From Acidimicrobiia bacterium (GTDB lineage: Bacteria; Actinomycetota; Acidimicrobiia; Spongiisociales; ZC4RG35): a stretch of DNA of 64,000 nucleotides. Under the pieces are notes generated by a model. The model saw only the letters and a list, made by a program, of their open reading frames with translations, was not told the origin of the DNA and ran no database searches. A program made the position numbers and the translations under genes. Location: contig CBDCBK010000010.1 of NCBI GenBank assembly GCA_965214265.1, forward strand, positions 537,369 through 601,368. The letters run 5' to 3'. Shown here one piece after another: positions 45,852-56,232 of this stretch. Every line of letters starts with the position of its first letter. The first letter of the stretch is position 1.

Positions 45852-46025
45852 CAGATCACCGAGGAGGAGGCGACGAAAGCTTGAACCAACCAACCCTCTT
45901 TCGACGGCTGATTCAAAAAGGCCGTTAGCTGGATGCCCCAGCGCACCACCAGGGGGCCGGACATCGCCAAGGTGGCCGGGGCGGCGGGAACGGCAGGCCC
46001 CGTCGAAACCCTGGAAGACAGATAG
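45852..46025 (+). pseudogene. deletion scars: ATPase 3' end (…ITEEEATKA*) + permease-2 5' end (LNQPTLFRR) fused to permease-2 3' end (…AVSWMPQRTTRGPDIAKVAGAAGTAGPVETLED*)
   Basis: Direct alignment to 33660..33730 and 34800..34920. The bodies of permease-1, ATPase and permease-2 are absent from this third unit. Confidence 0.75.
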
Positions 46026-46099
46026 GACCCGCTGCGGTTGGGCGGCGCGTCGGGACCTAGGCGTCATGGCCTCTTTCCGTTTATGAAGCTGTCCACGGG

Positions 46100-46996
46100 G
46101 TGCTGACCGGCGTCATCTTCGGGTTTATAACCGCGGTGACGCTAGGGATCAACAGTCTGCTCACTGCCGTAGTGGCGCGGCGCTTCGGCGTTCTGCGCTC
46201 TGCTGCCGCCACGCTGACGCTGGCTCTCTTGGTGATGGTCGCCTGGGCAATCCTCATCGACGTGCCGCTCGAGATGACCACCGACCACCTGATCCTCTTG
46301 ACCATTCTGGGCACCTGCGTCGGCGCCTCCTTTCTGGGCTCCTATACGGCCCTCCGACTGGGCCCGATCTCCGTGGTAACACCGATCGGCTCTCTGGGGA
46401 CCGCGATGACTGTGGTCTACTCCTTTTGGCTGCTGGGGGAAAGACCCGGCGCCTTGCAGTGGGCGGGAATACCGGTCGCCGTGCTGGGAGCAGTACTGGT
46501 ATCGCTTGTAATCAAACGCGGGACCAGGGTTCGACTGGTCACCTGGGGGCCGGTCTTCGCGTTGATCGGCGTATTCGTAGGATCGATCTCCAACGCCGGC
46601 CTGAAGATCCCCATCAGGGACGGAGTCGACTCCAACTTGACCGTAATCACCCAACGGGTCTTCACAGTGGCCTTCGTCCTGTTGGCGTTGGTGGTTTTCT
46701 CCCGGCTGGGATTTCGACGTCGGCGAGAGGGAGATGACCCTCAATCCCCGATGAGGATCACCTGGAAGACAGGATGGCTTTTGGGCCTGGTGGGACTGAT
46801 CGACGGCGTCTCTTTCATATCATTCGGATACGGATTGGCCTACGCACCGGCCTGGTTGATCGCGATCATCTCCCAAAGCGGAAAAGTGATAGCCGTAGTC
46901 GGCGGGGTGATCTTCTTCAAGGAACGACTCCACCGACTTCAGTGGGCCGGGGTGGGGTTGATAATGGTCGGCGTGATGATGTCCCTCGTCGGCTAA
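46100..46996 (+). CDS. EamA/DMT transporter, paralog 4
   Basis: uORF ATGAAGCTGTCCACGGGGTGCTGA (46083..46106) overlaps the GTG start. Confidence 0.8.
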   Translation: MLTGVIFGFITAVTLGINSLLTAVVARRFGVLRSAAATLTLALLVMVAWAILIDVPLEMTTDHLILLTILGTCVGASFLGSYTALRLGPISVVTPIGSLGTAMTVVYSFWLLGERPGALQWAGIPVAVLGAVLVSLVIKRGTRVRLVTWGPVFALIGVFVGSISNAGLKIPIRDGVDSNLTVITQRVFTVAFVLLALVVFSRLGFRRRREGDDPQSPMRITWKTGWLLGLVGLIDGVSFISFGYGLAYAPAWLIAIISQSGKVIAVVGGVIFFKERLHRLQWAGVGLIMVGVMMSLVG

Positions 46997-47025
46997 TACC
47001 GCCCTTTCCATCCGCGGTGGGAGGT

Positions 47026-47120
47026 CGTGAAAGGAACCGCATTGGGAGGGTTGATTCTGTCTCATGGAGGGTTCATAGTGATACGAGTCAAACACCGCAG
47101 CGGTCTGCTGTGGACCCGGA
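47026..47120. repeat. conserved ~110-nt noncoding element, copy B
   Basis: See 43184..43300. Confidence 0.55.
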
Positions 47121-47201
47121 GGCAATTTTTCGCGATTTCTCACAAAGACTGGCGACAGTTTCTGAATCGTGAGCTGGGGCGGCGGTGGTTGGAGTTTGTC
47201 C

Positions 47202-48041
47202 TCAGTTCCCGGGAAAGGTGTATTGGAATACTCCACCGGTACGGATCATCTCGGCGGCGATGGCGTCGGCGTGTTCGATGAATCGGCGCAGCATGGCGTT
47301 GATCTGGTCCGGCACTACCTGGAGGGCTCCATGGCCAGCGCCGACCGGTTTGCCGATCACCACTTGGGGGCACAGTTCGCGGAGCAGGTCCAGGTCGATG
47401 CGCGGCTGACCGCAGTCGACATATAGATAAGGGCACTTGATGCTTGCCAGTATCGGCGCGGGATCGAAGGCGCTCAACCCGTGCCAGTCGCTGAGGATCA
47501 CGTGGTCGGGAACTTGGGCCAGCCGCTCGGCTGCTTTCTTGGCGCGGGTCGGGTCGTCGGTGGGCAGGTGGGAGGCGCTGAGAAACCCGACCAGCGTGTC
47601 CCGGAAGGGTAGGTCCTTTTGCATGAGGTGATCGAAGGGTCCGTGATGGTACGCGGTCCACCCGGGGAGGTTGCTGGGAGAGTCCAGGCTGGCGATCGCT
47701 CCCACCAGGTCGGGATGGCGGGCGGCGGCGGAGATGATCACCTGTCCTCCCATGCTCTGGCCGACCAGCACCGGCCGGTCCAGTTCCAGTTGGCGGATGA
47801 GTTCGGCCACGTCATCGCCGTGTTGTTCCATGGTGTAGAGCTGATCGGGTTTGTCGCTATCCCCGTGGCCGCGCAGATCGACCGCGATGCAGCGGTGATT
47901 TGGCGAGAAGTACTCCTCTTGGAGGCCGAATCCTTCCCGATTGCCGAAGCCGCCGTGGATAAGGATGATGGCCGGGTCGCCGGCACCCAGCTCGTGGTAG
48001 GCGATGCGGACGCCGTCGGGGGTGGTGATCCATTCGGTCAT
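47202..48041 (-). CDS. alpha/beta-fold hydrolase, tandem paralog 1
   Basis: IHGGFGNREGF (oxyanion region), GQSMGG (GxSxG nucleophile elbow) and GAGHG (catalytic His region). 279 aa. Confidence 0.8.
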   Translation of the reverse strand: MTEWITTPDGVRIAYHELGAGDPAIILIHGGFGNREGFGLQEEYFSPNHRCIAVDLRGHGDSDKPDQLYTMEQHGDDVAELIRQLELDRPVLVGQSMGGQVIISAAARHPDLVGAIASLDSPSNLPGWTAYHHGPFDHLMQKDLPFRDTLVGFLSASHLPTDDPTRAKKAAERLAQVPDHVILSDWHGLSAFDPAPILASIKCPYLYVDCGQPRIDLDLLRELCPQVVIGKPVGAGHGALQVVPDQINAMLRRFIEHADAIAAEMIRTGGVFQYTFPGN

Positions 48042-48122
48042 GGCACTCAGTTTAGTTGTCGGGTGTCACCACCGGTCCTGGTACAGGATGACTGTCCGGA
48101 CCGGTTTGAGGAGTGACGGCCC

Positions 48123-48965
48123 CTATAAATTCTCGGGGAATGTGTATTGGAAGACGCCGCCGGTGCGGATCATCTCGGCGGCGATGGCGTCGGCGTGTTC
48201 GATGAACCGCCGAAGCATGGCGTTGATCTGGTCCGGCACTACCCGGAGGGCCCCATGTCCGGCGCCGACCGGTTTGCCGACCACCACTTGGGGGCACAGC
48301 TCGCGGAGCAAGTCCAGATCGACGCGCGGCTGTCCGCAGTCGACGTACAGATAAGGGCACTTCACCCCAGCCAGTATCGGCGCGGGATCAAAGGCCATCA
48401 TCCCCTGCCAGCCGTTGAGGATCATACGGTCGTCAAGCCGGGCCAGCCGCGCCGCTGTGTTCTTGGCGCGGGTCGGGTCGTCGGTGGGCAGATGGGCGGC
48501 GCTGAGGAAGAGTTCCAGCGCCTTCCGGAAGTCTTGGTCCTTCCGCATGAGGTGATCAAAGGGTCCGTGATGGTAGGCGTGCCATCCGGGGAGGTTGCTG
48601 GGCGAGTCGAGGCTGGCGATGGCCCCCACCAGTTCGGGGTGGCGAGCGGCGGCCGAGATGATCACCTGTCCACCCATGCTTTGTCCCACGAGGACGGGCC
48701 GGTCCAGTTCCAGTTGGCGGATGAGTTCGGCCACGTCATCGCCGTGTTGTTCCATGGTGTAGAGCTCATCGGGCTTGTCGCTTTCGCCGTGGCCGCGCAG
48801 ATCGACCGCGATGCAGCGGTGATTTGGCGAGAAGTACTCCTCCTGGAGGCCGAAGCCTCCCCGATCGCCGAAGCCGCCGTGGATAAGGATGATGGCCGGA
48901 TCGCCTGCACCCAGCTCGTGATATGCAATGCGGACGCCGTCGGAGGTGGTGATCGATTCAGTCAT
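48123..48965 (-). CDS. alpha/beta-fold hydrolase, tandem paralog 2
   Basis: Same motifs. ~80% identical to paralog 1. Confidence 0.8.
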   Translation of the reverse strand: MTESITTSDGVRIAYHELGAGDPAIILIHGGFGDRGGFGLQEEYFSPNHRCIAVDLRGHGESDKPDELYTMEQHGDDVAELIRQLELDRPVLVGQSMGGQVIISAAARHPELVGAIASLDSPSNLPGWHAYHHGPFDHLMRKDQDFRKALELFLSAAHLPTDDPTRAKNTAARLARLDDRMILNGWQGMMAFDPAPILAGVKCPYLYVDCGQPRVDLDLLRELCPQVVVGKPVGAGHGALRVVPDQINAMLRRFIEHADAIAAEMIRTGGVFQYTFPENL

Positions 48966-49095
48966 GTCACTCAGCTTAGGTTGTCAGCCCGGCAGAGGAG
49001 GGCGAAAGGGCAACAGGTATTTTGGTGGTCCAGTCGGAGTCAAATGCCCGCCCGGTGTTCGCCGGTCCCAAGTGAACGGTGTTCGCCGCGGGTCC

Positions 49096-49938
49096 TTATG
49101 TGGAGGGGAAGGTGTATTGGAATACCCCGCCGGTGCGGATCATCTCGGCGGCGATGGCGTCGGCGTGTTCGATGAATCGTCGTAGCATGGCGTTGACCTG
49201 GTCCGGCACGTCCTGGAGGGCCCGGTGTCCGGCGCCAACCGTTTTGCCGATCACCACCTGGGGGCACATCTCGCGGAGCAGATCCAGGTCGAGATCCGGC
49301 TGGCCGCAGTCGATGTAGAGGTAAGGACACTTCACCCCGCTCAGCGTGGGTGTTGGGTCGTAATCGGCCTTTCCCAGCCAAGTGTTGAGGATCAATTTGT
49401 CGGGTACTTCGGCGAGCCGCGCGGCCATGGTGCCCACCCGGGAGGGGTCGTCGGTAGGCAGATAGGCGGCTTTGAGGAACGTGTAGAGCGTCTCGCGGAT
49501 AGGGGGGCCGTCCTTGCTCATCAAGGGTTGGTAGGGACCGTGAAAGCGCTGGTGCCATCCGGGGATGTTGCTGGGCGAGTCCAGGCTGACGATCCCCCCC
49601 ACCAGTTCGGGGTGGCGGGCGGCGGCGGCGATCACCACCTGTCCGCCCATGCTCTGGCCCACCAGCACGGGCCGATTCAGCCCCAATTGGCGAATGAGCT
49701 CTGCTATGTCATCGCCGTGTTTGTCCATGAAGTAAGGCTCATCGGGCTTGTCGCTGTCGCCGTGGCCGCGCAGGTCGACCGACACGCACCGGTGATTGGG
49801 GGAGAAGTACTCCTCCTGGAAGCCGAATCCTCCCCGCTTGCCGTAAGCGCCGTGGATGAAGATGATGCCCGGGTCGCCGGCGCCCACCTCGTGGTAGGCG
49901 ATGCGCACCCCGTCGGAGGTGGTGATCCATTCAGTCAT
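49096..49938 (-). CDS. alpha/beta-fold hydrolase, tandem paralog 3
   Basis: Same motifs. ~65-70% identical to paralogs 1 and 2. Confidence 0.8.
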   Translation of the reverse strand: MTEWITTSDGVRIAYHEVGAGDPGIIFIHGAYGKRGGFGFQEEYFSPNHRCVSVDLRGHGDSDKPDEPYFMDKHGDDIAELIRQLGLNRPVLVGQSMGGQVVIAAAARHPELVGGIVSLDSPSNIPGWHQRFHGPYQPLMSKDGPPIRETLYTFLKAAYLPTDDPSRVGTMAARLAEVPDKLILNTWLGKADYDPTPTLSGVKCPYLYIDCGQPDLDLDLLREMCPQVVIGKTVGAGHRALQDVPDQVNAMLRRFIEHADAIAAEMIRTGGVFQYTFPST

Positions 49939-50004
49939 GTCACCTGAGCTTAGGGTATCCTGTGGCGGCGCGGTACTGACACTTGCAGTCGGTTCTATCA
50001 GAAG

Positions 50005-50130
50005 TTGTGAAACAATCCGTTGTTGGGGGGTTGATTCTGTCGTGGGGAGAGTCCATGCTTATATGCGCCGAACACCGAGATGGTTCGCCCAGGCGTCGAT
50101 TGGACCGCGTCGAGGGATCAGATGTCCTTA
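50005..50130. repeat. conserved ~110-nt noncoding element, copy C, with adjacent EamA 3'-end relic (gcagtcggtt)
   Basis: See 43184..43300. Its 3' half, g.cgtcgattggaccgcgtcgagggatcaga, matches copy A. Confidence 0.55.
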
Positions 50131-50285
50131 CCCAATAAGCCCTGTTGTGGCTGGACGGAGTTGTTCGACCATGGCGAGGTGGTGGTGGGGGAGGGCCCGG
50201 AAGGGACGCCAAATTTTCGCGACTTTTGGGTGTTGATCAGCGACTGCCGGTCGCCACTCCGAGTGGCGTTCAGCGCCGCCGGGTT

Positions 50286-51125
50286 TTATGTGGGTGGGAA
50301 GGTGTATTGGAACACTCCGCCGGTGCGGACCATTTCGGCGGCGATGCTATCGGCGTGTTGGATGAAGCGGTAGAGCATGGCGTTGATCTGGTCCGGCACG
50401 TCCTTGGTGGCCTGATGACCGGCGCCCACCGTTTTGCCGATCACCACCTGGGGGCAGAGCTCGCGGAGCAGATCGAAGTCGAGACCGGGTTGGCCGCAGT
50501 CGATGTAGAGATAGGGGCACTTCACTCCGGCCAACACCGGCGCCGGATCGAAGGCGCTCATTCCCTGCCAGCCGTTCACGATCACATGGCCGGGAACCTC
50601 AGCCAGCCACTCTGGCATTTCCCCAACCCGCGATGGGTCGTCGGTGGGCAGATAGGCAGCGCTGAGGAAGGTTTGTAGCGCCTCCCGGAAGGGGCCGTCC
50701 TTGGTCATCAGGTGGTCGAATGGACCATGAAAGCGCCGGTGCCATCCGGGGATGTTGCTGGGCGAGTCGAGGCTGGCGATTGCCCCTACCAGTTCGGGAT
50801 GGCGGGCGGCAGTGGAGATGACCACCTGTCCGCCCATGCTGTGACCAACCAGGATGGGCCGCCGTATTCCCAGATGGCGGAGCCATTCGGCAACCTCATC
50901 GGCGTATTTGTCCATGGTGTACAGTTCATCGGGCTTTTCGCTGTCGCCGTGGCCACGCAGGTCGATAGCCAGACACCGGTGATTGGGCGAGAAGTATTCC
51001 TCCTGGAATGTGAAACCAGTCCGGTTGCCGAAGCCGCCGTGGATGAAGACGATGGGCGGATCCCCGGTGCCCACCTGGTGGTAGGCGAGGCGGACGCCGT
51101 CGGAGGTAGTGAACCATTCAGTCAT
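50286..51125 (-). CDS. alpha/beta-fold hydrolase, tandem paralog 4
   Basis: GHSMGG variant of the nucleophile elbow. Same architecture. Confidence 0.8.
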   Translation of the reverse strand: MTEWFTTSDGVRLAYHQVGTGDPPIVFIHGGFGNRTGFTFQEEYFSPNHRCLAIDLRGHGDSEKPDELYTMDKYADEVAEWLRHLGIRRPILVGHSMGGQVVISTAARHPELVGAIASLDSPSNIPGWHRRFHGPFDHLMTKDGPFREALQTFLSAAYLPTDDPSRVGEMPEWLAEVPGHVIVNGWQGMSAFDPAPVLAGVKCPYLYIDCGQPGLDFDLLRELCPQVVIGKTVGAGHQATKDVPDQINAMLYRFIQHADSIAAEMVRTGGVFQYTFPPT

Positions 51126-51246
51126 GTCGCCGAGCTTAGGGTGTCAGCCTGGGATAGGGAGGTTGATCGGCAACAGCCAATTGGTGCTCGAGTCGGCTAG
51201 AAGCATTGGACTGCCGGATCGTCGGGACAGCGTTCGGCCCGGGTTC

Positions 51247-52086
51247 TTATGTGGGTGGGAAGGTGTATTGGAATACTCCGCCGGTGCGGATCATTTCGGC
51301 GGCGATGGCGTCGGCGTGTTGGATGAATCGGCGGAGCATGGCGTTGATCTGATCAGGCACATCCCTGGTGGCCGCGTGACCGGAGCCCACCGTTTTGCCG
51401 ATCACCACCTGGGGGCACAACCCTCGGAGTAGATCGAGGTCCAGATACGGCTGGCCGCAGTCGATGTAGAGATAGGGGCATTTCACCTGGCCCAGCACCG
51501 GCGCCGGATCGAAGGAGCTCAATGCCCACCACTGTCTGACGATTACATGATCGGGAAATGCGGCCAGCCGCTCCCCGATCCCGGCGACCCGCGACGGGTC
51601 GTCGGTGGGCAGATAGGCGGCGCCGAGGAAGGTGCGCGCCGCTTCCCGGAAGGGACCGTCTCGGGTCATCAGGTGGTCGTAAGAACTACTAAATCGTTTC
51701 TGCCATCCGGGGATGTTGCTGGGCGAGTCGATGCTGGCGACCGCCCCAACCAGTTCGGGATGACGGGCAGCCACGGAGATAACCACCTGCCCGCCCATGC
51801 TGTGACCCACCAGGATGGGCCGCCGGAGACCAAGTTGGTGGATCAGCTCCGCCACGTCGTCGGCGTGTTTGGCCATCGAGTACACCTCGTCGGGCTTGTC
51901 GGTGTCGCCATTGCCGCGCAGGTCGACAGCCAAGCACCGGTGATGGGGCGAGAAGTACTCCTCCTGGAGAGCGGAACCTCCCCGATTGCCGTAAATGCCG
52001 TGGACGAAAACAATGGGCGGATCGCCAGCGCCAACCTGGTGGTAGGCGAGACGGATGCCGTCGCGGGTGGTGATCCATTCAGTCAT
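51247..52086 (-). CDS. alpha/beta-fold hydrolase, tandem paralog 5
   Basis: GHSMGG. It lies immediately downstream of asd on the same strand. Confidence 0.8.
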   Translation of the reverse strand: MTEWITTRDGIRLAYHQVGAGDPPIVFVHGIYGNRGGSALQEEYFSPHHRCLAVDLRGNGDTDKPDEVYSMAKHADDVAELIHQLGLRRPILVGHSMGGQVVISVAARHPELVGAVASIDSPSNIPGWQKRFSSSYDHLMTRDGPFREAARTFLGAAYLPTDDPSRVAGIGERLAAFPDHVIVRQWWALSSFDPAPVLGQVKCPYLYIDCGQPYLDLDLLRGLCPQVVIGKTVGSGHAATRDVPDQINAMLRRFIQHADAIAAEMIRTGGVFQYTFPPT

Positions 52087-52144
52087 TTCACCGAGCTTAC
52101 ATTTCAGGGCAACCCGGCGGACGTCGATCTCCGACGAGGGAAAG

Positions 52145-53158
52145 TCAGAGGCTAAGTCGCTCAGCCAGTTGAACAGCGTTGAGCGCCGCGCCCTTGCGGA
52201 GGTTGTCGCCCACCGCCCACAAGTTGATCCCTCCGGGCATTCCTACCGTCTCCCGCACCCGGCCCACCAGGGTCCGGTCCCCCCCGGCGCTGTCCAGGGG
52301 AGTGGGCGGGATGTCCTCCCAGACCTCCACCCCGGGGGCGGTGGCCAGGACATCCAGCGCCTCGCTCCGGCCCAGCGGACGGTCGAACCACACCGAAGCG
52401 GCCAGGCCGTGGCCGACCATCACCGGCACCCTCACACAGGTAGGCTCCACGGCCAGCTCCGGGAGTTCGAGAATCTTGCGGGACTCGTTCACCAGCTTCC
52501 ACTCCTCGTCGGTATAGCCCTGCCCAGTCTCCGAGCCGGCCATGGGCAGCACATTGAAGCCGATGGGACGGCTGTAGACCTCGCCGCCCGGGTCGGTCCA
52601 TCTCCCTTGCGCCAAGCCGGATAGATCACCCCGGAAGTGATCTATCTGGTGGGAAAGCTCGGTCATCCCCTTCTGTCCCGAGCCTGAGACCGACTGATAG
52701 GAGGTGGTAACCATCGAGCGGAGCCCTGCGGCCCGGTGGAGAGGGGCGACTGCCATCATCAGCACCATGGTGGTGCAGTTGGGGTTGGCGACTATTCCTT
52801 GATGTGATCCCAGGGCATGGTCGTTCACATCCGCCACGACCAGCGGAACTGTGGGGTCCATCCGGAAACAGGACGAGTTGTCGATCACCACCGCCCCTGC
52901 GGCCACGAAGTGGGGGGCATAAGCCCGGGACCGGGAGGCCCCCGCCGAAAAGATCGCAATCTCGATTCCCTCCGGATCGGCCTCCTCCAGATCTTCCACC
53001 TCAACCTTGCCCCAGGTGGTGGAGATCTTCTGTCCGGCCGAGCGCGCCGAGGCCATAACCCGCAGTCGGCCGATGGGAAAATTCCGGTCGGCCAGGATAT
53101 CGAGCGCTGTCCGGCCCACCGCTCCGGTGGCGCCCACCAGGGCCAGGTTGACGCTCAT
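52145..53158 (-). CDS. asd: aspartate-semialdehyde dehydrogenase
   Basis: [11 protein letters not shown] (NADP site) and the active-site Cys in [12 protein letters not shown]. Confidence 0.9.
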   Translation of the reverse strand: MSVNLALVGATGAVGRTALDILADRNFPIGRLRVMASARSAGQKISTTWGKVEVEDLEEADPEGIEIAIFSAGASRSRAYAPHFVAAGAVVIDNSSCFRMDPTVPLVVADVNDHALGSHQGIVANPNCTTMVLMMAVAPLHRAAGLRSMVTTSYQSVSGSGQKGMTELSHQIDHFRGDLSGLAQGRWTDPGGEVYSRPIGFNVLPMAGSETGQGYTDEEWKLVNESRKILELPELAVEPTCVRVPVMVGHGLAASVWFDRPLGRSEALDVLATAPGVEVWEDIPPTPLDSAGGDRTLVGRVRETVGMPGGINLWAVGDNLRKGAALNAVQLAERLSL

Positions 53159-54405
53159 GCGCCCCGTTCCTCCCGGATCAGGGGGGGTCGGAACTCGCGG
53201 TGAAGCGCCTGCACGGCCTTCCGCATCTGGGACTCGTCCACTACACAGGAGATTCTGATGGTGGAGGTGGAGATCATCTCGATGTTGATCCCGGCCTCGC
53301 CCAATGTTCGAAACACGCGGGCCGCAACACCCGGCTCGGTTTTCATGCCCGCCCCTATCAGCGACACCTTGGCGATGTCCTGGCGGATCTCCACCCCTGA
53401 TGCTCTCACCTTCCGTCCGATGAGCCTAACCACCTCCTCCGCCCATTCTATGGAGCTTTTAGGGATGGTGAAGCTGATGTCGGACAGGCCCTCCCGAGAG
53501 ATGTTCTGCACGATCATGTCAACGTTCACGCTCGCCTCCGCTAGCGGTTCGAAGACAGATGCCGCCACGCCCGGTTGGTCGGGAACTTCCCGCAGGGTGA
53601 CCTTCGCCTCCGAGGCGTCGTGGGCTATTCCGCTGACTATGGCTTGTTCCATTCGCTCCATCTCGGTGGCCTTTCTTATCCAGGTGCCGGGCGAGTCGGT
53701 AAAAGAAGATCGTACGTGGATGGGGACGCCGTATCGACGACCAACCTCTACCGCCCGGGGAACGAGCACCCCCGCCCCCCCGGCGGCCAGCTCCATCATT
53801 ACCTCATAGGAGACCTCATCCAGCTTTTTTGCTTCGGCGACTATCCGGGGATCGGCGGTCATCACCCCCGGCACATCCGTGTATATCTCGGCCACGTCTC
53901 CACCCAGCGCGGCAGCCAGCGCCACCGCACTGGTGTCGGAGCCCCCCCTGCCCAGGGTGGTGATCTCCTTGGATCGCGGGCTGACCCCTTGGAACCCGGC
54001 CACGATCACCACCCTCCCCTCGGCGAGATTATCGGTTACCCGAGCGCCCGTTATCCCCTGGATTTTGGCGGCGCCATGGGTGTCGTCGGTAAGAATCCCG
54101 GCCTGGCTGCCGGTGAGACTCACCGCTTCCACGCCATAGGCGGCGATGGCCATGGCGGTCAGGGCAGTGGAGATGCGCTCTCCGGCGGTGAGCAGCATAT
54201 CCATCTCCCGGGCCGGCGGGTTGGGGTTCACTTCTTGGGCGAGGACCGCCAGGTCATCGGTGGTGCTACCCATGGCGGAGACCACCACCACCACCTGGGC
54301 GCCGGTTCGTCGGGCGCTCACCACCCGGGCTGCCACGCTCCGGATGCGGTCGGGAGTTGCGAGAGAAGACCCGCCGAATTTTTGTACGATCCGCGTCATA
54401 TCCAA
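53155..54405 (-). CDS. lysC: aspartate kinase (monofunctional, two C-terminal ACT domains)
   Basis: [25 protein letters not shown] and ACT repeats. The stop overlaps the asd start (ATGA). Confidence 0.9.
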   Translation of the reverse strand: MDMTRIVQKFGGSSLATPDRIRSVAARVVSARRTGAQVVVVVSAMGSTTDDLAVLAQEVNPNPPAREMDMLLTAGERISTALTAMAIAAYGVEAVSLTGSQAGILTDDTHGAAKIQGITGARVTDNLAEGRVVIVAGFQGVSPRSKEITTLGRGGSDTSAVALAAALGGDVAEIYTDVPGVMTADPRIVAEAKKLDEVSYEVMMELAAGGAGVLVPRAVEVGRRYGVPIHVRSSFTDSPGTWIRKATEMERMEQAIVSGIAHDASEAKVTLREVPDQPGVAASVFEPLAEASVNVDMIVQNISREGLSDISFTIPKSSIEWAEEVVRLIGRKVRASGVEIRQDIAKVSLIGAGMKTEPGVAARVFRTLGEAGINIEMISTSTIRISCVVDESQMRKAVQALHREFRPPLIREERGA

Positions 54406-54557
54406 GAGAAGAGAGGGAGGTCAAGCCAATGTTACGGCTTGACACCCCGTCGCCAACGCCAGTTTCAGCCCGAGCAGGCAAGGTTGGCGAGAGATGCGTA
54501 CAATGTTTTGGCAGACCGAACCGATAACCGAACCGATTGAGACGGGAGACGCTTTAG

Positions 54558-55349
54558 GTGGGCATAGAAAAGCGACAGCGTCAGAAGGCTGCCAAGGCGG
54601 CGCGCATCCGGGCGGAGCAAAAAAAGCGCTCTCGCCAAGAGAACATCAAGCGGTTGGGAATCGGGGTGGGGATGGCCCTCGTTTTGGTGGCGGTGCTGGT
54701 GACTTGTAGCTTGAGGGGCGGGGAAGAGGGCGAGGAAGGATCTGGCGAGTTGTCTGCTGATTACCAGGAATATCGAGATAAGCCCACTGCCTGTGGAGCG
54801 GAGGCGCCGCCTCCCATGCGGGTGATGAGCTTTGCCAGGTTTGTACACCAAGGAATAACCACCGAGTCGTCGGTTATTGGCCGGGTGAAGACCTCCTGTG
54901 GTGAGGTGGTGATAGAACTGGACACGAACTATCCCGAAACCGCCAACTCCTTTGTTTTCCTGGCCAGGGAAGGATATTACGACGGCACGGTCTTTCACCG
55001 GATAGCGGAGGGGTTTGTTGTCCAAGGTGGTGATCCCACCGCCACCGGGCGGGGAGATCCGGGATACGAGATCGCCGACGAGTTCCCGCCCGAAGACTTT
55101 CAGTACAACCGCGGGGTGGTGGCCATGGCCAACGCCGGGAAGAACACCACAGGCAGCCAGTTCTTCTGGATGCTGGTCGACGCTCCATTCCTCAATCCGC
55201 AATACAACGTGTTGGGCCGGATAATCGAAGGCGAGGAAGTCCTGGACCTAATCGTCCAAATACCCACCTCCCGCTCCCCCACGGGCGAGCAAAGCCTTCC
55301 CCGGGAATCCCTCTACATCGAGTCGGTGGAAATCACCGTCGAACCCTGA
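54558..55349 (+). CDS. ppiB: membrane-anchored cyclophilin-type peptidyl-prolyl cis-trans isomerase
   Basis: VFHRIAEGFVVQGGDP and MANAGKNTTGSQFF are cyclophilin signatures. An N-terminal TM helix. GTG start. Confidence 0.85.
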   Translation: MGIEKRQRQKAAKAARIRAEQKKRSRQENIKRLGIGVGMALVLVAVLVTCSLRGGEEGEEGSGELSADYQEYRDKPTACGAEAPPPMRVMSFARFVHQGITTESSVIGRVKTSCGEVVIELDTNYPETANSFVFLAREGYYDGTVFHRIAEGFVVQGGDPTATGRGDPGYEIADEFPPEDFQYNRGVVAMANAGKNTTGSQFFWMLVDAPFLNPQYNVLGRIIEGEEVLDLIVQIPTSRSPTGEQSLPRESLYIESVEITVEP

Positions 55350-55362
55350 TCGGTCCCCGGCG

Positions 55363-56232
55363 ATGGGGGTCGACCTGCACACCCACACCACCGCCTCCGA
55401 TGGCTCTGACTCTCCCGCCGAGTTGGTCGTCGCCGCCGCAGCAATTGGGTTGTCAGCAGTGGCCGTCACCGATCACGACACGACCGAAGGCCTGCCGGAA
55501 GCCGAGAACGCCGCCGCCCGCGCCGGGATAGAACTGGTAAGGGGATTGGAGCTTTCCCTGGAGTGGAGTCCGGGAGCTATGCATTTGCTGATCTTGCTGA
55601 TCGAAGACTCCGATTCTCTCTCCTCCCGGCTGGATCGAGTGCGCGAAGGCAGAGTCCGGCGTAACTTGGAAATAGTGGAGCGTCTCCGTTCCCAAGGCGT
55701 GCAGATAACCATGGAAGAGGTGAGAAGAGAAGGGGGATCGGGGGCCATCGGAAGACCGCATTTCGCCTCCCTTCTGGTGAAGAAAGGCCACGCACCCGAC
55801 ATTCCCGCCGCTTTTGATCAGTACTTGGCCAGGGGACGTCCCGCCTATGTGGAAAGGTATCGTCTCGGTCCGGCCGAGGCCATCGAGGTAGCCCACGCGG
55901 CGGGTGGCGCCGCGGTTTTGGCCCACCCTCTCACCCTGGGGGTGGAGGGGGCCGCTCTCTCGGCCGTGCTGGAGGAACTTTCGGAGCAGGGCTTGGACGG
56001 GATCGAGGCTTACTACGGAACCTATGGTTTCCCCACCCGTCGATTGTTGGTCGACCTGGCTCGACGACACGGGCTCGTTCCCTCCGGAGGTTCGGACTAC
56101 CACGGTCGCTTCAAGCCGGATGTCAGACTGGGAGCGGGCCGGGGCGACCTGGTTGTCCCCGACGAGGTGCTGGCCGAAATGCGGGCAGCGGTCTCCTCGC
56201 GGCGCGAGCCGGGTCTTTCCCGCCGATCATGA
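55363..56232 (+). CDS. PHP-domain phosphoesterase (TrpH/YciV-like)
   Basis: VDLHTHTTASDG is the PHP motif 1. ...AHP... are downstream metal ligands. Confidence 0.8.
   Translation: MGVDLHTHTTASDGSDSPAELVVAAAAIGLSAVAVTDHDTTEGLPEAENAAARAGIELVRGLELSLEWSPGAMHLLILLIEDSDSLSSRLDRVREGRVRRNLEIVERLRSQGVQITMEEVRREGGSGAIGRPHFASLLVKKGHAPDIPAAFDQYLARGRPAYVERYRLGPAEAIEVAHAAGGAAVLAHPLTLGVEGAALSAVLEELSEQGLDGIEAYYGTYGFPTRRLLVDLARRHGLVPSGGSDYHGRFKPDVRLGAGRGDLVVPDEVLAEMRAAVSSRREPGLSRRS

Noticed and set aside
54406-54557. Possible lysine riboswitch upstream of lysC
   Set aside because: Only ~150 nt are available between divergent starts. No recognisable L-box helices. Only a short accgaaccgat direct repeat.
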